A model generated the notes under the pieces. It made no database searches. It was not told the origin of the DNA and worked only from the letters and a program-made list of their open reading frames with translations. From Verrucomicrobiales bacterium (GTDB lineage Bacteria; Verrucomicrobiota; Verrucomicrobiia; Verrucomicrobiales; V1-33), in assembly GCA_031411295.1 (NCBI GenBank), contig JANOAV010000212.1, positions 42,214 through 106,213 on the forward strand: 64,000 nt of DNA, given 5' to 3'. The translations under genes were made by a program, and so were the position numbers. Below, piece after piece: positions 43,701 through 52,805 of the stretch. The stretch's first letter is position 1. Each line of letters starts with the position of its first letter.

Positions 43701-44950
43701 TCATTTAAGAAATCAATATGGGCGCTGCGGGTAGCACTACCCCGGCTGCCTGACCCGCGCATCCGAGTCGTGGCGCGTTGACGCTCGGTGTAAGTCCCCT
43801 CCGCCAAGGCTAGGAATGTGCAGAGGAACTTCTGGCTCGTGCGGTTGCTGGAATTGTTCACCAACGCGTCCCAGCCCGCCAATTCATTGGGCACCATCAG
43901 GATGCGATAAAACGGAGCTGTGCCCACAATGGCTTCCTCATCCACTTGATAGAGCGCATTGGCATTGTGGTTACCCGTGTCATCGCTGGCGGCAGGCCAA
44001 GTGCGCACGTGATTCGCAGCGTCTTTCGCTTCCACGTAATATTCCACCAATTTCCCCAAGGCCTGAGCTGGCAGCGTGGCAACATAGAAGCCATCGCCCG
44101 CAATGTCATCGCCTGTGAGACCATCATCATGCATCGTCACGGAGGACCACGCAGGTTGAACCGCACCCGAGACTGGGATACGGTATTTCACACTTGCGGT
44201 TACCCCGGCCAAGGCGGCGGCTTCATCGAAAATCTGCGCTTTCACGGTCACTAACTGTGTGCGCGTGGGCACCTTCGGGAAATGTTCCACATTCTCGATC
44301 AATGGAGCCGCATCCGCTGAGGCAACGGAATTGGCCGCGCCCGGTGTGCCGCCCGCTGGGGTGCTCGCAATCCAGTTCTGACCATTGTTATGTTTCAAAT
44401 TTGGGTTCACCAACTCCGCCGATTTCCCACCGCCATCCGCATCGCTCAGCCACAGCCAACCATAAGGATAGCCCAACGGATCCAACGTCGTCACATTGCG
44501 CATCTTCGCCCAATCGCCCTCGGTGTCATAATGCACATGATCCACGCGGACACCAGAAGCATCAAACAAATCCACGCTATCCGCAATATTTCCCAATTCC
44601 CCGGTCCAGTTCCCCAAATAACTCACAACGGACGGGTAGGCCGCATGAAACGTCGCTGCATTGGCCGCCACAATCACATAACTGCCTGCGGGTAACACCC
44701 AGGCATTCGGAAACGTAAAGCTCACCGAGCCCCCGCCGATAGTCCAGCCGGTGAGATCATATCCGATCGGGTCGGGATTGTAAATTTCGATCCATTCCTT
44801 GCTAATGTCCTCCGGTCCCGTCGGATTGAGCTGGGTGCCCGGCTGCGCAGGATGGTAGAAGATCTCATTAATAACGGGGCTCGCACTCAGCCCGGTCAGG
44901 CTAAAGAACGAGATACCCAGCACGGAGCGGAGGAGGTGGTCAGTTTTCAT
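37745..44950 (-). CDS. Giant secreted protein with lamin-tail domains, CotH kinase-like domain and parallel beta-helix
   Basis: Repeated VINE...EWIEIYNP LTD motifs; RMRGSGSR and FHDMDTILG CotH-like motifs; DDCLDLD..D...GNVF beta-helix; FFRVK terminus. Confidence 0.85.
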   Translation of the reverse strand: MKTDHLLRSVLGISFFSLTGLSASPVINEIFYHPAQPGTQLNPTGPEDISKEWIEIYNPDPIGYDLTGWTIGGGSVSFTFPNAWVLPAGSYVIVAANAATFHAAYPSVVSYLGNWTGELGNIADSVDLFDASGVRVDHVHYDTEGDWAKMRNVTTLDPLGYPYGWLWLSDADGGGKSAELVNPNLKHNNGQNWIASTPAGGTPGAANSVASADAAPLIENVEHFPKVPTRTQLVTVKAQIFDEAAALAGVTASVKYRIPVSGAVQPAWSSVTMHDDGLTGDDIAGDGFYVATLPAQALGKLVEYYVEAKDAANHVRTWPAASDDTGNHNANALYQVDEEAIVGTAPFYRILMVPNELAGWDALVNNSSNRTSQKFLCTFLALAEGTYTERQRATTRMRGSGSRGSATRSAHIDFLNEQPWQGNTGVNLNAQYTYLQFLGAQLGHASGIVCADAKPVQVRWNSVNRLARNSVTGLTTGQDEAHWVRNYGLMAHVEPINRDFIKHHYPTDSSGNLYTKRGSGGGEWAVAASLATAPAFYAGIGTAATGEGWEKQNNTSSMNFADLHNFVSTMTAGVGAPASGYLTNVGNVLEVNQWLKTMAVSTILTNGETNLLNGRDDDYSMYAGVTNNKFQVLFHDMDTILGLGDASVITLADIQTSPNNTIYDAVEAGKGGDVFDKLVPLFNQPTAVVQYHQYLRDLLNGPFSKTQFDALVDRSLANAGWAAGDVTTIKTTVKQFMDGDGGANPIGRRQGILNKIVPALAVTTGPAVVSGYPQTITSAIPSLAGSFDSTNASQVLINGVPATIDIKAGTWTNAGTPDTLIAPGDAWKYFDGGTDLGTTWIPRLFTDTGWAAGASPLGYSPANVDGATTIIGGANVANGQSTHITNYFRKHFTVPNPAKYTGNITVRVQRDDGVVLYLNGTEIGREGMPTVATLPTVLYNTQATNSPTVEDEWITFTFPAASLLTGDNVLAAEVHQNNLTSSDCRFNCEVVAGTAGSVLGGLTALNPGINRVTLEEKNAAGEHVRYKYYDIWYNVAETNKSGAIAANTTWTAAGGPYRVTADVTIGAGVTLTIQPGTTVYMGPAFGFTISGTGRLLAEGTQYNHIRFTRKPGTTDAYSAIYLNAATNESRIVWADIEYGGGKTVGSHNATLFSNGGSKLYVDHCQFTNSDAEYFSADTSSFIIANSYFQTYSKPAGYPPANGTGGFGRPEMLHGVGGLPAGGYGIFRGNVFGHTYGFNDIIDFTGGNRANAITQYIDNIFTAATDDCLDLDSTDAFIAGNVFMHTHQDPARTDIVDTGSCISGGNDTADISEWTIIGNLFYDTDHAVLAKGVNGGPNTKAARHTFINNSVYKVTGQSTYGSVGVDIAAFNFSDDAAGIPPASGGAGAIIENNILWDINALVANYDGTKLWVTMNNNIMPVAWTGPGTGNLVADPLMHYDLFSELSLDKVEFESDYELLRKRANAAFALCPGSPAKGSGPGGLDKGGLIPYGVTLTGIPASTTTVNSATITVGPNGIFNPPGAIVPAYPYGFTAYKWKLDTGAYSVETPSATQITLSGLTTGSHTIQVIGKNDAGDYQVNPTVYTWTVDPSYLAPVVINEMLATNLTSVLNGAAHPDVIELYNPRATAVDISGWAISDDAAAPAKFVFPATTSIPAGGYLVLFADAPDGNPGTHLGFSLDGDGESVVLSSPNGATWTTVDSVTFGLQLPDKSIGRVGLDRHWDLNSPTLGSANVQQPNDCPGHVLFNEWLANSEISFKDDQIELYNTNVLPGNIGGFYLTDTPDNPMAYQFPPLSFVAGKGYASLIADGTIGMQANHLPFKLDAFYDWLMLTDPTGKTVDYVAITCAQSDVAEGRSPDGSATITPLALPTFGLPNGTTVAGTTTTKTYPLIAMNGTWRFYDQYGSTTNAGAPVVDVNWKNLSFVPPTRTTTTSPVAPLNSWGSGGAPLALDPTYPAALPAIVTPLIHGAAAENVDYFRTVFSYAPDTPPSGATVTTVLKLTHIIDDGAAFYLNGTEVTSSGTTFRYNMPAGALAPTTSASGSLEAAQIGPVTLDATGLATGTNTNVLAVEVHQNAVSSSDVVFALKLDAEVTTVTSPSVDLVYQRMLDLMAFLRITEVQYAPLNGANFEFVEIKNTSTTKTLDITGVRFTSGITYTFGTMSLAPGAFAVVAKTPSAFTGIANVVGPFIGKLDNAGEQIALTLPEPYTANIMCFTYQAEWYSAAFGAGSTLQIVDPLVSRAAFADKASWQASVNVGGSPGGGTAVFNFATWQTALSAPGANNDLDHDGLEHLLEYALALDPKLPDAEKAQITASFNPTNTQMEGTFSLPVVCPADIRYLVQVGDQLTGWTTIATKTGAGTWSGTATVSTSAPSSSRVTVVVTDPDLVAAHPRSFFRVKTELLP

Positions 44951-45110
44951 AAATGGGGGGAAACGCAAGGGATGGCGGCATACTAGAACTTTCAGGGGCT
45001 AGTCCTCAACCCTAAGTTAACCGAAAATTGGGATGCCTGTCGAGACTTGCCAGATGAACATCCGCTCATTTTTCTCAGAATCAGTCACTTCTCAGGTTGG
45101 AGGGAGGGAA

Positions 45111-45139
45111 CGTATGACGAAAGGCGGGCAATATTATGA
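45111..45139. promoter_or_regulatory. Putative NikR-type operator half-sites (CGTATGACGA ... TTATGA)
   Basis: The 10-mer is the exact reverse complement of 55240-55249; lies upstream of a sigma-54 motif. Confidence 0.55.
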
Positions 45140-45163
45140 AGTTTGCCGGGGGTATTCGCAAGC

Positions 45164-45180
45164 TTGGCACAGCCCATGCT
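45164..45180 (+). promoter_or_regulatory. Putative sigma-54 promoter
   Basis: TTGGCACAGCCCATGCT, GG-N10-GC, ~35 bp before the first ATG of the operon. Confidence 0.7.
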
Positions 45181-45213
45181 TCATGGCCCAGTGAACAATT
45201 CACCAAAACCTAT

Positions 45214-46194
45214 ATGAAATTAAGAACCCTATTGTCCATTACATCGCTTCTTTTGGCGCAAGCCATCTTCACTGCACCGACACTCGCAGCTCCACTAAAA
45301 GTGGGTTACTCCGACTGGCCGGGATATACCGTGCTGGAGGTGGCCAAGCAGAAGGGATGGTTCAAGGAAGCCGGGTTGGATGTGGAGTTGGTGTGGTTTG
45401 ATTACCTGCCTTCGCTGGATGCCTTCTCGGCGGGAAAGATTGATGGAGTGGCCTGTGTGGCCACCGATGCGCTGGTGAATGGGGCGAATGGTGCCAAGAG
45501 CAAGATCATCGCGTTGCTGGACTACAGTGACGGCAGTGATGCCATTGTGGGGATGCCTGGAATCAAGTCCATCAAGGATTTGAAGGGCAAGAAGGTCGGT
45601 TTGGAACTGACCTTGGTGGAGCATCTGCTGCTGCTGAAAGCGTTGGAGGTGAATGGCATGAAACAATCCGACGTTGAGTTAGTGAACACGCCAACGAACG
45701 AAACCCCGCAAACTTTGGCGTCGGGTAAAGTGGCTGCGATCGGAGCTTGGTATCCATCGTCCGGTCAGGCGCTGAAACAAGTGGCGGGTGCCAAGAAGCT
45801 GTTTTCCAGCTCTGATGCCAAGGGACTGATCTACGATGTGCTGGCCGTGAATCCCACGAGCTTCGCGAAAAACAAAGAGGACTGGAGCAAATTCGTCGCC
45901 ATCTACTACAAGTGCGTCGATTACCTGATGGACCCCAAGACCAAAGCTGAGGCAGTGAAAATCATGGCGGCCAAGGTGGGAGCGGATGTAGATGACTATG
46001 CCGCCAACGTTCCGGGAACTCACTTCCTCACCCTGGCCGAGGCCAAGACGGCTTACAAGAAAGGCGATGGACTGGATTCCATTTACGGCTCCATGGCCGT
46101 CGGTAATAAATTTAACCTGGACAACAAGGTGTATAAAGACTCCCAGAAGCCTGAGAGCTATCTGACGCCCAGCGTGGTCATGGGACTGAAATAG
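45214..46194 (+). CDS. ABC transporter substrate-binding protein (NitT/TauT family, urea-carboxylase-associated type)
   Basis: Signal peptide, VGYSDWPG, DYSDGSDAIV, SIKDLKGKKVG. Confidence 0.9.
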   Translation: MKLRTLLSITSLLLAQAIFTAPTLAAPLKVGYSDWPGYTVLEVAKQKGWFKEAGLDVELVWFDYLPSLDAFSAGKIDGVACVATDALVNGANGAKSKIIALLDYSDGSDAIVGMPGIKSIKDLKGKKVGLELTLVEHLLLLKALEVNGMKQSDVELVNTPTNETPQTLASGKVAAIGAWYPSSGQALKQVAGAKKLFSSSDAKGLIYDVLAVNPTSFAKNKEDWSKFVAIYYKCVDYLMDPKTKAEAVKIMAAKVGADVDDYAANVPGTHFLTLAEAKTAYKKGDGLDSIYGSMAVGNKFNLDNKVYKDSQKPESYLTPSVVMGLK

Positions 46195-46217
46195 CCTTTC
46201 TCACTACCACCACTACC

Positions 46218-47252
46218 ATGGCACAGCGCGACTGGTTGGGATTGAAACAGGAGTTGCCAGTGCGGCGGCGGGTCCTGTTGGCCATCCTTTCCTTCCTTGT
46301 CCCCTTGGGGATCTGGGCGGCAGTCAGTTATGTGCCATGGTTGTGGCATCCTTTGGTTCATGTCACTGCGATTGGGGACGTGGATTATTTCGTGGAGGAC
46401 ATGGAAGTGCCGCGCGCAGACTTCGAAGCGGAGTCGGCCAAAGTGCAGGCCGCAGGCGGCACGCTGCCGGAAGGCTACCGCGTGAATCCGGTTTATCTTC
46501 CCGCTCCGCACAAAGTGATTCATGCCTTCTACAGCGCCTTCACCACGGAGCCCCGCCTGCCGAACGAGCCTTGGCTGCATGAAAGTTTCGCCCATAGCAT
46601 TCGCACCATTTGTTGGGCCTTCTTCATTTCCTCGCTGTTCGGGGTGCCGCTGGGGATCCTTTGTGGCACCTACCGCTTCTTCTCTCGCTTGCAGGAGCCG
46701 TTCATTGAATTCTTCCGCTACCTTCCCGCTCCGGCCTTTGGTGCGTTATGCGTGGCGATCTTGGGAATCGATAATGCTCCGAAAATTGCGATCATCGTGA
46801 TTGGCACCTTCTTCCAACAAGTCCTGGTCATCAGCAACACGGTGCGGAAAGTAGACCCCGCCTTGATTGAGGCCGCGCAGACGCTGGGCGCGCGCGGTTG
46901 GAAACTCATGCGTCGCGTCATCATTCCCGCCTCCATCTCGGATATATTCACGGACATGCGCATCTTGTTAGGCTGGGCGTGGACGTATCTTATCGTGGCG
47001 GAAGTCGTGGGCACCATGTCCGGCATTACTTACTTCATCAATCAACAGGCGCGCTATCGCAACTTCGACAACGTTTACGCCGCCATCTTCATGATTGGCA
47101 TCATCGGGTTCACCTCGGATCTGCTCCTGGCCTGGCTTGGTCGGACAATCTTTCCATGGAAACGTCGGGCCGGTTCCGCCAAGAAGTCTGGGACTTGGTG
47201 GTCGAAGTTCAAAGCCAAGCCTGCCACGCCCGAAATCCCCGCTGAAATATGA
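46218..47252 (+). CDS. ABC transporter permease
   Basis: [34 protein letters not shown]. Confidence 0.93.
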   Translation: MAQRDWLGLKQELPVRRRVLLAILSFLVPLGIWAAVSYVPWLWHPLVHVTAIGDVDYFVEDMEVPRADFEAESAKVQAAGGTLPEGYRVNPVYLPAPHKVIHAFYSAFTTEPRLPNEPWLHESFAHSIRTICWAFFISSLFGVPLGILCGTYRFFSRLQEPFIEFFRYLPAPAFGALCVAILGIDNAPKIAIIVIGTFFQQVLVISNTVRKVDPALIEAAQTLGARGWKLMRRVIIPASISDIFTDMRILLGWAWTYLIVAEVVGTMSGITYFINQQARYRNFDNVYAAIFMIGIIGFTSDLLLAWLGRTIFPWKRRAGSAKKSGTWWSKFKAKPATPEIPAEI

Positions 47253-48151
47253 GTGCACGCGATCTTACGTTACCCAGTTATCGCGATCAGTCGCCCGAAG
47301 TGGCCGCCCGTTTTGCCAGAATCCGGGAGCGGCCCATCATCCTCAGCGTGCGCGATCTGAAGAAACACTACGGTGTTAATGGCACCACGCGCACCGTGTT
47401 CGACAATGTCTCGCTGGATATTCACCGTCGTGAATTCATCACGGTCATCGGGCCATCTGGTTGTGGTAAGTCCACCTTCATCCGCATTATTGCCGGCTTG
47501 GATGAAGGCAGTGGCGGGGTGGCCTTACTCGACGGGAAAGAGATCGGTGAGCCCGGGCCGGATCGCGGCATGGTGTTTCAAGGTTACACGTTGTTCCCCT
47601 GGCTCACCGTGAAGCGCAACGTCATGTTCGGTTTGGAAATGCGCGGCAAAGGCAGCATGCTAGCCGAGAGCGAAGCGCGCCAGTGGCTGGAAATGGTGGG
47701 CTTGTCCAAGTTTGAAGATTCCTATCCGCACGAGCTTTCCGGCGGCATGAAGCAACGCGTCGCCATCGCCCGAGCCCTGGCCAACGAGCCACGCATCCTC
47801 ATCATGGATGAACCGTTCGGGGCCTTGGACGCGCAGACGCGCTGTCAGATGCAGAGTTATCTCCTGCAAATTTGGCGCAAGGTGGACGTCACCATTTTAT
47901 TCATCACGCATGACCTTGAAGAGGCGGCCTATCTTTCCGATCGCATCATGGTTATGGGCACGAATCCGGGTGGTATCGTGGAGATCATCGAAAACCCCAT
48001 CCCGCGTCCCCGCTCGCCCGCGCAATTTGTGGGGCCGGAATACTTGTCGCTGAAGCTGCGGCTGGAGGAACTGATTCATCCCCCCGTGGAGTTCGAAGAG
48101 GATCGACTCCCCGTCATCAAACTAACCACTGCAGGCGACGATGTTGAATGA
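47249..48151 (+). CDS. ABC transporter ATP-binding protein
   Basis: [30 protein letters not shown]. Confidence 0.95.
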   Translation: MSARDLTLPSYRDQSPEVAARFARIRERPIILSVRDLKKHYGVNGTTRTVFDNVSLDIHRREFITVIGPSGCGKSTFIRIIAGLDEGSGGVALLDGKEIGEPGPDRGMVFQGYTLFPWLTVKRNVMFGLEMRGKGSMLAESEARQWLEMVGLSKFEDSYPHELSGGMKQRVAIARALANEPRILIMDEPFGALDAQTRCQMQSYLLQIWRKVDVTILFITHDLEEAAYLSDRIMVMGTNPGGIVEIIENPIPRPRSPAQFVGPEYLSLKLRLEELIHPPVEFEEDRLPVIKLTTAGDDVE

Positions 48152-48935
48152 ACTGCTAGCCAGGGCGGTGCGCTTGGAGAATCTCTCCTGGCGTGCCTTG
48201 CAGGAAATGCAGACGAGCGGCATGGATCTGCTGCTGTTGCCACTCGGGGCCACGGAACAACACGGGCCGCACTTGCCCATCAATACCGATACCGTCATCG
48301 CCACCGCCGCCTGCGCTTACGCCTCTGCTGCCACTGGCGTCCCCTTGCTCCCCGCCATCAGTTATGGGGTGTCCGTGGGGCATACGGCCAAATGGCCCGG
48401 CACGTTTTCATTGGACCATGAGACCTTCATCGCCACGCTGCGACAGTTGGCGCAATGGGCCATGGAGACCGGGTGGAAACGCTTGCTGCTAGTCAACGCG
48501 CATTTTGGCAACGATGCTTCGTTGCGGGTCGCAGTGGATCGCATCCGCACGGAGTTTCTGGGGCGACTGCAAATCGGTTGGCGTCACACTTATCAACTCA
48601 CGCCGGAAATCTGGCAGTATTTCATCAGTGATGCCGCCGACCTCCACGCCAACTGTGCGGAGACGGATCTCATGCTGCATCTGGCCCCCGACACCGTGCG
48701 CATGGATTGGGTGGAGGATGATCCTGACCGCACTAACGGCCTCATTTTCAGTTATCCCGTATCCCAAACCAGCCTCAACGGTATCACCGGCAAGCCATCG
48801 CTGGGCTCTGCCCTGCGGGGCGCAGAACTCCTCGCGCAGATGGGCGAGGCCCTGGCAGACATCGTTTCCCGCGCCCGCACGGAACAGCCACCGCTGCCAG
48901 CCTCCCATTGGCCCACCACCTCATTTCCCTACTAA
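48141..48935 (+). CDS. Creatininase-family amidohydrolase
   Basis: [21 protein letters not shown]...ET. Confidence 0.92.
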   Translation: MLNELLARAVRLENLSWRALQEMQTSGMDLLLLPLGATEQHGPHLPINTDTVIATAACAYASAATGVPLLPAISYGVSVGHTAKWPGTFSLDHETFIATLRQLAQWAMETGWKRLLLVNAHFGNDASLRVAVDRIRTEFLGRLQIGWRHTYQLTPEIWQYFISDAADLHANCAETDLMLHLAPDTVRMDWVEDDPDRTNGLIFSYPVSQTSLNGITGKPSLGSALRGAELLAQMGEALADIVSRARTEQPPLPASHWPTTSFPY

Positions 48936-48942
48936 AATACCC

Positions 48943-50304
48943 ATGAAAACCGAAGCCGAAATCCTAGCCTTGCGTGATGCCCTCAAAGCGAAAGGAGTGA
49001 AATACTGCATCGGTGCCTACGTTGATTTGCATGGCGTGCCGAAAGGCAAAGTGGTGCCGATTGATCATTTCTCAGATTTTGCCGCAGGCTCCGAACTCTA
49101 TACGGGCTATGCTCTGGACGGCTTGGGTCAGAGCCCAAACGATGATGAAATCGCCTCCCTGCCAGACTTGGATAAAATCATTCAACTGCCGTGGCAAAAG
49201 GAAGTGGCCTGGATGCCCGCAGACAATACTTACAAGGGGGAACCTTACGAAGTAAACGCCCGTTGCGCACTCAAGAAAGTGCTGAAGCAAGCCGCAGACA
49301 TGGGGCTGGGGATGAATCTCGGCATCGAATGTGAAGTCTTCGTGGTGCGCTTGACGCCCGAAGGGAAGTTGGAAATCCCCAACTCTGATGAAACGCTGGT
49401 CAAGACCTGCTACGATGTGAAGCGCTTCATGGATCGCTTCACCTGGTTGGATAAAGTGGCCACCTGCATCAATGATCTCGGCTGGGATCTGTATTCGTTT
49501 GATCACGAAGATGCCTCCTCGCAGTTTGAGTTTGATTTCAAATACAGCGATGCGCTAACCATGTGCGATCGCTACATTTTCTTCCGCTACATGGCGAAAC
49601 ATTACGCCGCCGAGGAAGGATTGATCGCCACCTTCATGCCCAAGCCCTTTGCTGATAAGACCGGCAACGGAGCCCACTTCAACATGTCGATGTATGATCT
49701 GGAAAGCGGCAAAAATCTCTTTGCCCGGCCCCACGCCGAAGATCCACGCGGACTGGGCATCAGTGAAATGGCCTATCATTTCATCGGTGGTGTCTTGAAG
49801 CACGGTCGTGCGCTCTGTGCGGCCTTTGCCCCCACGGTCAATAGTTACAAGCGCCTTGTGCGTCGAGGCCTGATGTCTTATTACACCTGGGCCCCAGTCT
49901 TCAACAGCTATGGCCGCAACAATCGCACCAACTCCGTGCGCGTGCCCATGGCGGGCGGCCGCGTCGAATCCCGCAATGCCGATGCGGCCTGCAATCCCTA
50001 TCTGGCCGCCGCGTTGGTCCTCGCAGCAGGCTTGGAAGGGATCCGCGAGAAAATCGATCCAGGAAATTCCAACGAAGAAAATCTCTACGAATTCACCGAC
50101 GAACAACTCCACGCCCGTGGCATCAGTGAACTCCCCCGCACGCTGGACGAAGCCGTCCGCGCCTTCGCAGAAGATCCTTTCATCGAAGCCACCCTCGGCA
50201 CCACCCTGCGCAACGAGTTCATTACCTACAAACGCGAGGAATGGCTCCAGTATCACCAACGGGTCAGCCAATGGGAGATCGACCAATACGCCCGACTGTT
50301 TTGA
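48943..50304 (+). CDS. glnT: Type III glutamate-ammonia ligase / gamma-glutamylmethylamide-synthetase-like protein
   Basis: [55 protein letters not shown]. Confidence 0.85.
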   Translation: MKTEAEILALRDALKAKGVKYCIGAYVDLHGVPKGKVVPIDHFSDFAAGSELYTGYALDGLGQSPNDDEIASLPDLDKIIQLPWQKEVAWMPADNTYKGEPYEVNARCALKKVLKQAADMGLGMNLGIECEVFVVRLTPEGKLEIPNSDETLVKTCYDVKRFMDRFTWLDKVATCINDLGWDLYSFDHEDASSQFEFDFKYSDALTMCDRYIFFRYMAKHYAAEEGLIATFMPKPFADKTGNGAHFNMSMYDLESGKNLFARPHAEDPRGLGISEMAYHFIGGVLKHGRALCAAFAPTVNSYKRLVRRGLMSYYTWAPVFNSYGRNNRTNSVRVPMAGGRVESRNADAACNPYLAAALVLAAGLEGIREKIDPGNSNEENLYEFTDEQLHARGISELPRTLDEAVRAFAEDPFIEATLGTTLRNEFITYKREEWLQYHQRVSQWEIDQYARLF

Positions 50305-50313
50305 GGTGCCGAT

Positions 50314-50387
50314 ATTGGTCAGCAGTCACTGGTCATTAGTGCCAACGCACCAATAACAAATAACCAAGAACCAACAACCAATGACCA
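50314..50387. repeat. Palindromic heptamer-repeat element, copy 1
   Basis: ATTGGTC-type x4, then ACCAATA ACAAATA ACCAAGA ACCAACA ACCAATG. Confidence 0.85.
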
Positions 50388-51634
50388 CCTCCATCCTTGC
50401 CGAGATCCAGCGCATTGCTGCGCTGCCGCTAACCCACGCCACGACGCTTCCGGCTCAGGCTTACACGAGTCAAGAATTCTATGATTGGGAGGTGGAACAT
50501 TTGTTCCGCAATGATTGGCTCCCGCTGGCGCATATGTCGCAGATTCCGCAGGCGGGCGATTTTTTAAATATCGAAATTCTGGGGGAACCGTTGATTGTAG
50601 TGCACGGGAAGGACGGTGGCGTGCGGGTGTTGTCGCGCATTTGTCCGCATCGAGCCATGGATATTATGCCGGAAGGATTTGGTTATGCCGGGCATGGCAT
50701 TGGTGACGCCAAGGAAGGGCAGCCGGGATGCGGCCATGCGCGACTTTTCATGTGCCCCTATCATGCGTGGACCTTCGAACTGGATGGCCGGCTGAAGGGG
50801 GCTCCGGAAATGCAGCAGACGGCTGAGTTCGAGCGCGACGAGTGGGGTTTGAAGGAGTTCGCCTGCGAGGTTTGGAATGGCTTCGTCTATGTGAATTTGG
50901 ATGGCAAGGCACTCCCACTGCAGCAGCGGTTGAGTGGCCTCACGGAAGTGCTGGCTCCGTGGGGCGTGGCAGATATGAAGATGGCGATCCAGATGGAGTG
51001 GGACTGTCCATTCAATTGGAAAGTGTTGGCGGAAAATTTTATGGAATCCTACCACCACATCGGAGCGCATGCCAAAACGCTGCAGCCCATGATGCCAGCG
51101 AAACACACTTGGAATGAAGAGGAGCGTCCGGCCTATGTGCGGGCGCATTTGCCCGTAAAACCCAGCCAGCGAACGCTGATGGAAACAGCGGCTGCACGCG
51201 GGGAGTTCGTCCATGGACTGCCCCCCATCACAGCGCTGTCCGATGCTCAAGCGTATGAGTGGAATCTGTTTTTCGTCTATCCGTTGATGCTGCTCTCAGC
51301 GAACCCTGACCGACTCATCTTTTACCGCATCCAGCCACTGGGGCCGGATCGCTTGAAACTCCTAACCACCGTGCTGGTGCCGGCCACCACCATGGAGCAC
51401 CCGGATTGGCCAGCGCTCTGTGCTGCGCAGACGGAGCAACTGCGCGCGTTCCATTTGGAGGACATGGAAGTGTGCACGGCGGTGCAACGTGGGTTCAAAG
51501 CGGGCGGTTATCAGCGGGGGCGTTTGAGTTACTTGGAAATGTCTGTGTGGCTGATTCAACGCTACCTGGCGGCTCGCGCGCGCGGCACTTGGCCAGCGTT
51601 GGACACTCCACCTGCACCTTCTCAGCGACCATGA
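50381..51634 (+). CDS. Rieske non-heme iron oxygenase alpha subunit (choline-monooxygenase-like)
   Basis: CPHR...CPYHAW Rieske ligands; NWK..ENFMESYH...H; EDMEVC..VQRG. Confidence 0.92.
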   Translation: MTTSILAEIQRIAALPLTHATTLPAQAYTSQEFYDWEVEHLFRNDWLPLAHMSQIPQAGDFLNIEILGEPLIVVHGKDGGVRVLSRICPHRAMDIMPEGFGYAGHGIGDAKEGQPGCGHARLFMCPYHAWTFELDGRLKGAPEMQQTAEFERDEWGLKEFACEVWNGFVYVNLDGKALPLQQRLSGLTEVLAPWGVADMKMAIQMEWDCPFNWKVLAENFMESYHHIGAHAKTLQPMMPAKHTWNEEERPAYVRAHLPVKPSQRTLMETAAARGEFVHGLPPITALSDAQAYEWNLFFVYPLMLLSANPDRLIFYRIQPLGPDRLKLLTTVLVPATTMEHPDWPALCAAQTEQLRAFHLEDMEVCTAVQRGFKAGGYQRGRLSYLEMSVWLIQRYLAARARGTWPALDTPPAPSQRP

Positions 51635-52047
51635 ACTCCGCACCTTGGACGGGCCACTGTGGCTGCGGGGCCGTGCGTTATCAGGCTACCAGTGCGCCCT
51701 TGCATGTCTCTCTCTGCCATTGCGAAGATTGTCAGCGGGCCAGCGGCAGCCCCTTTCAAGGCTGGGTGTTTTTTGCCAAACGTGACATTACGTTGCTCTG
51801 CGGAGAGTTGCGGACCTATGCCTATGATGGACGCGAACGCACGTTCTGCGGGCTCTGCGGTTCGCCCATCAGTTTCTTTGATGCAGCCTTGCCGGACCTC
51901 ATGGAGCTTTCACTAGGGACGATGGATCGAGCCTCAGAGTTACCGGCTCGAGACCACAATTGGATGGATGATCACTGGCCCTGGGTGGTGCTGGATCCTG
52001 CGTTGCCGAAATTTCCCCAGAACGCCCCCGCACCATGTTTAACCTGA
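51631..52047 (+). CDS. GFA / CENP-V family zinc protein
   Basis: GHCGCGAVRY, CHCEDCQR, FCGLCGS; ATGA-coupled. Confidence 0.9.
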   Translation: MNSAPWTGHCGCGAVRYQATSAPLHVSLCHCEDCQRASGSPFQGWVFFAKRDITLLCGELRTYAYDGRERTFCGLCGSPISFFDAALPDLMELSLGTMDRASELPARDHNWMDDHWPWVVLDPALPKFPQNAPAPCLT

Positions 52048-52805
52048 CCCACAAAGTTGCCGTGGTCACCGGCGGAGCCTCCGGGATCGGTCGCGCCATT
52101 GTCGAGCGTTTCCTCCGTGCGGGCGCGAAGGTGCTCTTGGTGGATCGCAATGAGGCACAGATTGCTGGCGCAGTGTTTCATCAGGCGGATGTTTCGCAAG
52201 AGGCTGCAGTGCAGGAAATGTTGCAGCGCGCGCAACAGGAGTTCGGCCGCCTGGACATTCTGATTAACAATGCTGGCATCCAACCGCTCGGCGTTTCCTT
52301 TGCCGAGCTTACCCCGCAACTCTTGCAACGGACCTTGGAGGTGAATGTTCATTCTGTCGCCTTTGGCATTAAGCATGGCGCTAAAATGCTGCCACGCGGT
52401 GGTCGCATTATTAACACCGGATCGTTTGTCGGTCTGCTAGGCTCCCCCGCAGGCACGGCTTACTCGACCTCCAAAGCCGCCGTGATTCATCTGACTAAAT
52501 TGGGAGCAATCGAACTGGCAGGACGTGGCATCACGGTGAACTGCGTGTGTCCCGGCACGGTGCTGACACCTGCGGTTACCAGCATTCCAGACAATCCCGA
52601 GATTCCGTTTGTCAGTCGCGCCACCCCCTTGGGTCGTTTAGCCGCGCCTGAAGAAATCGCGGCGGCCTTTCATTTCCTAGCATCGGATGATGCGAGTTAC
52701 ATTACCGGAGCTATCATCCCCGTGGACGGCGGGATTACCGCGGGCTGGAACGAGTATCCGCTGACACCTCCGCCGAACGTTCAAGGAGGCCAGTGGTATG
52801 ATTGA
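52035..52805 (+). CDS. Short-chain dehydrogenase/reductase
   Basis: TGGASGIG, NNAG, YSTSK, VDGG. Confidence 0.93.
   Translation: MFNLTHKVAVVTGGASGIGRAIVERFLRAGAKVLLVDRNEAQIAGAVFHQADVSQEAAVQEMLQRAQQEFGRLDILINNAGIQPLGVSFAELTPQLLQRTLEVNVHSVAFGIKHGAKMLPRGGRIINTGSFVGLLGSPAGTAYSTSKAAVIHLTKLGAIELAGRGITVNCVCPGTVLTPAVTSIPDNPEIPFVSRATPLGRLAAPEEIAAAFHFLASDDASYITGAIIPVDGGITAGWNEYPLTPPPNVQGGQWYD

Noticed and set aside
48505..48942. 146-aa N-terminal extension of the glutamine-synthetase-like ORF
   Set aside because: It overlaps the creatininase gene in another frame; GS similarity starts at ATG 48943
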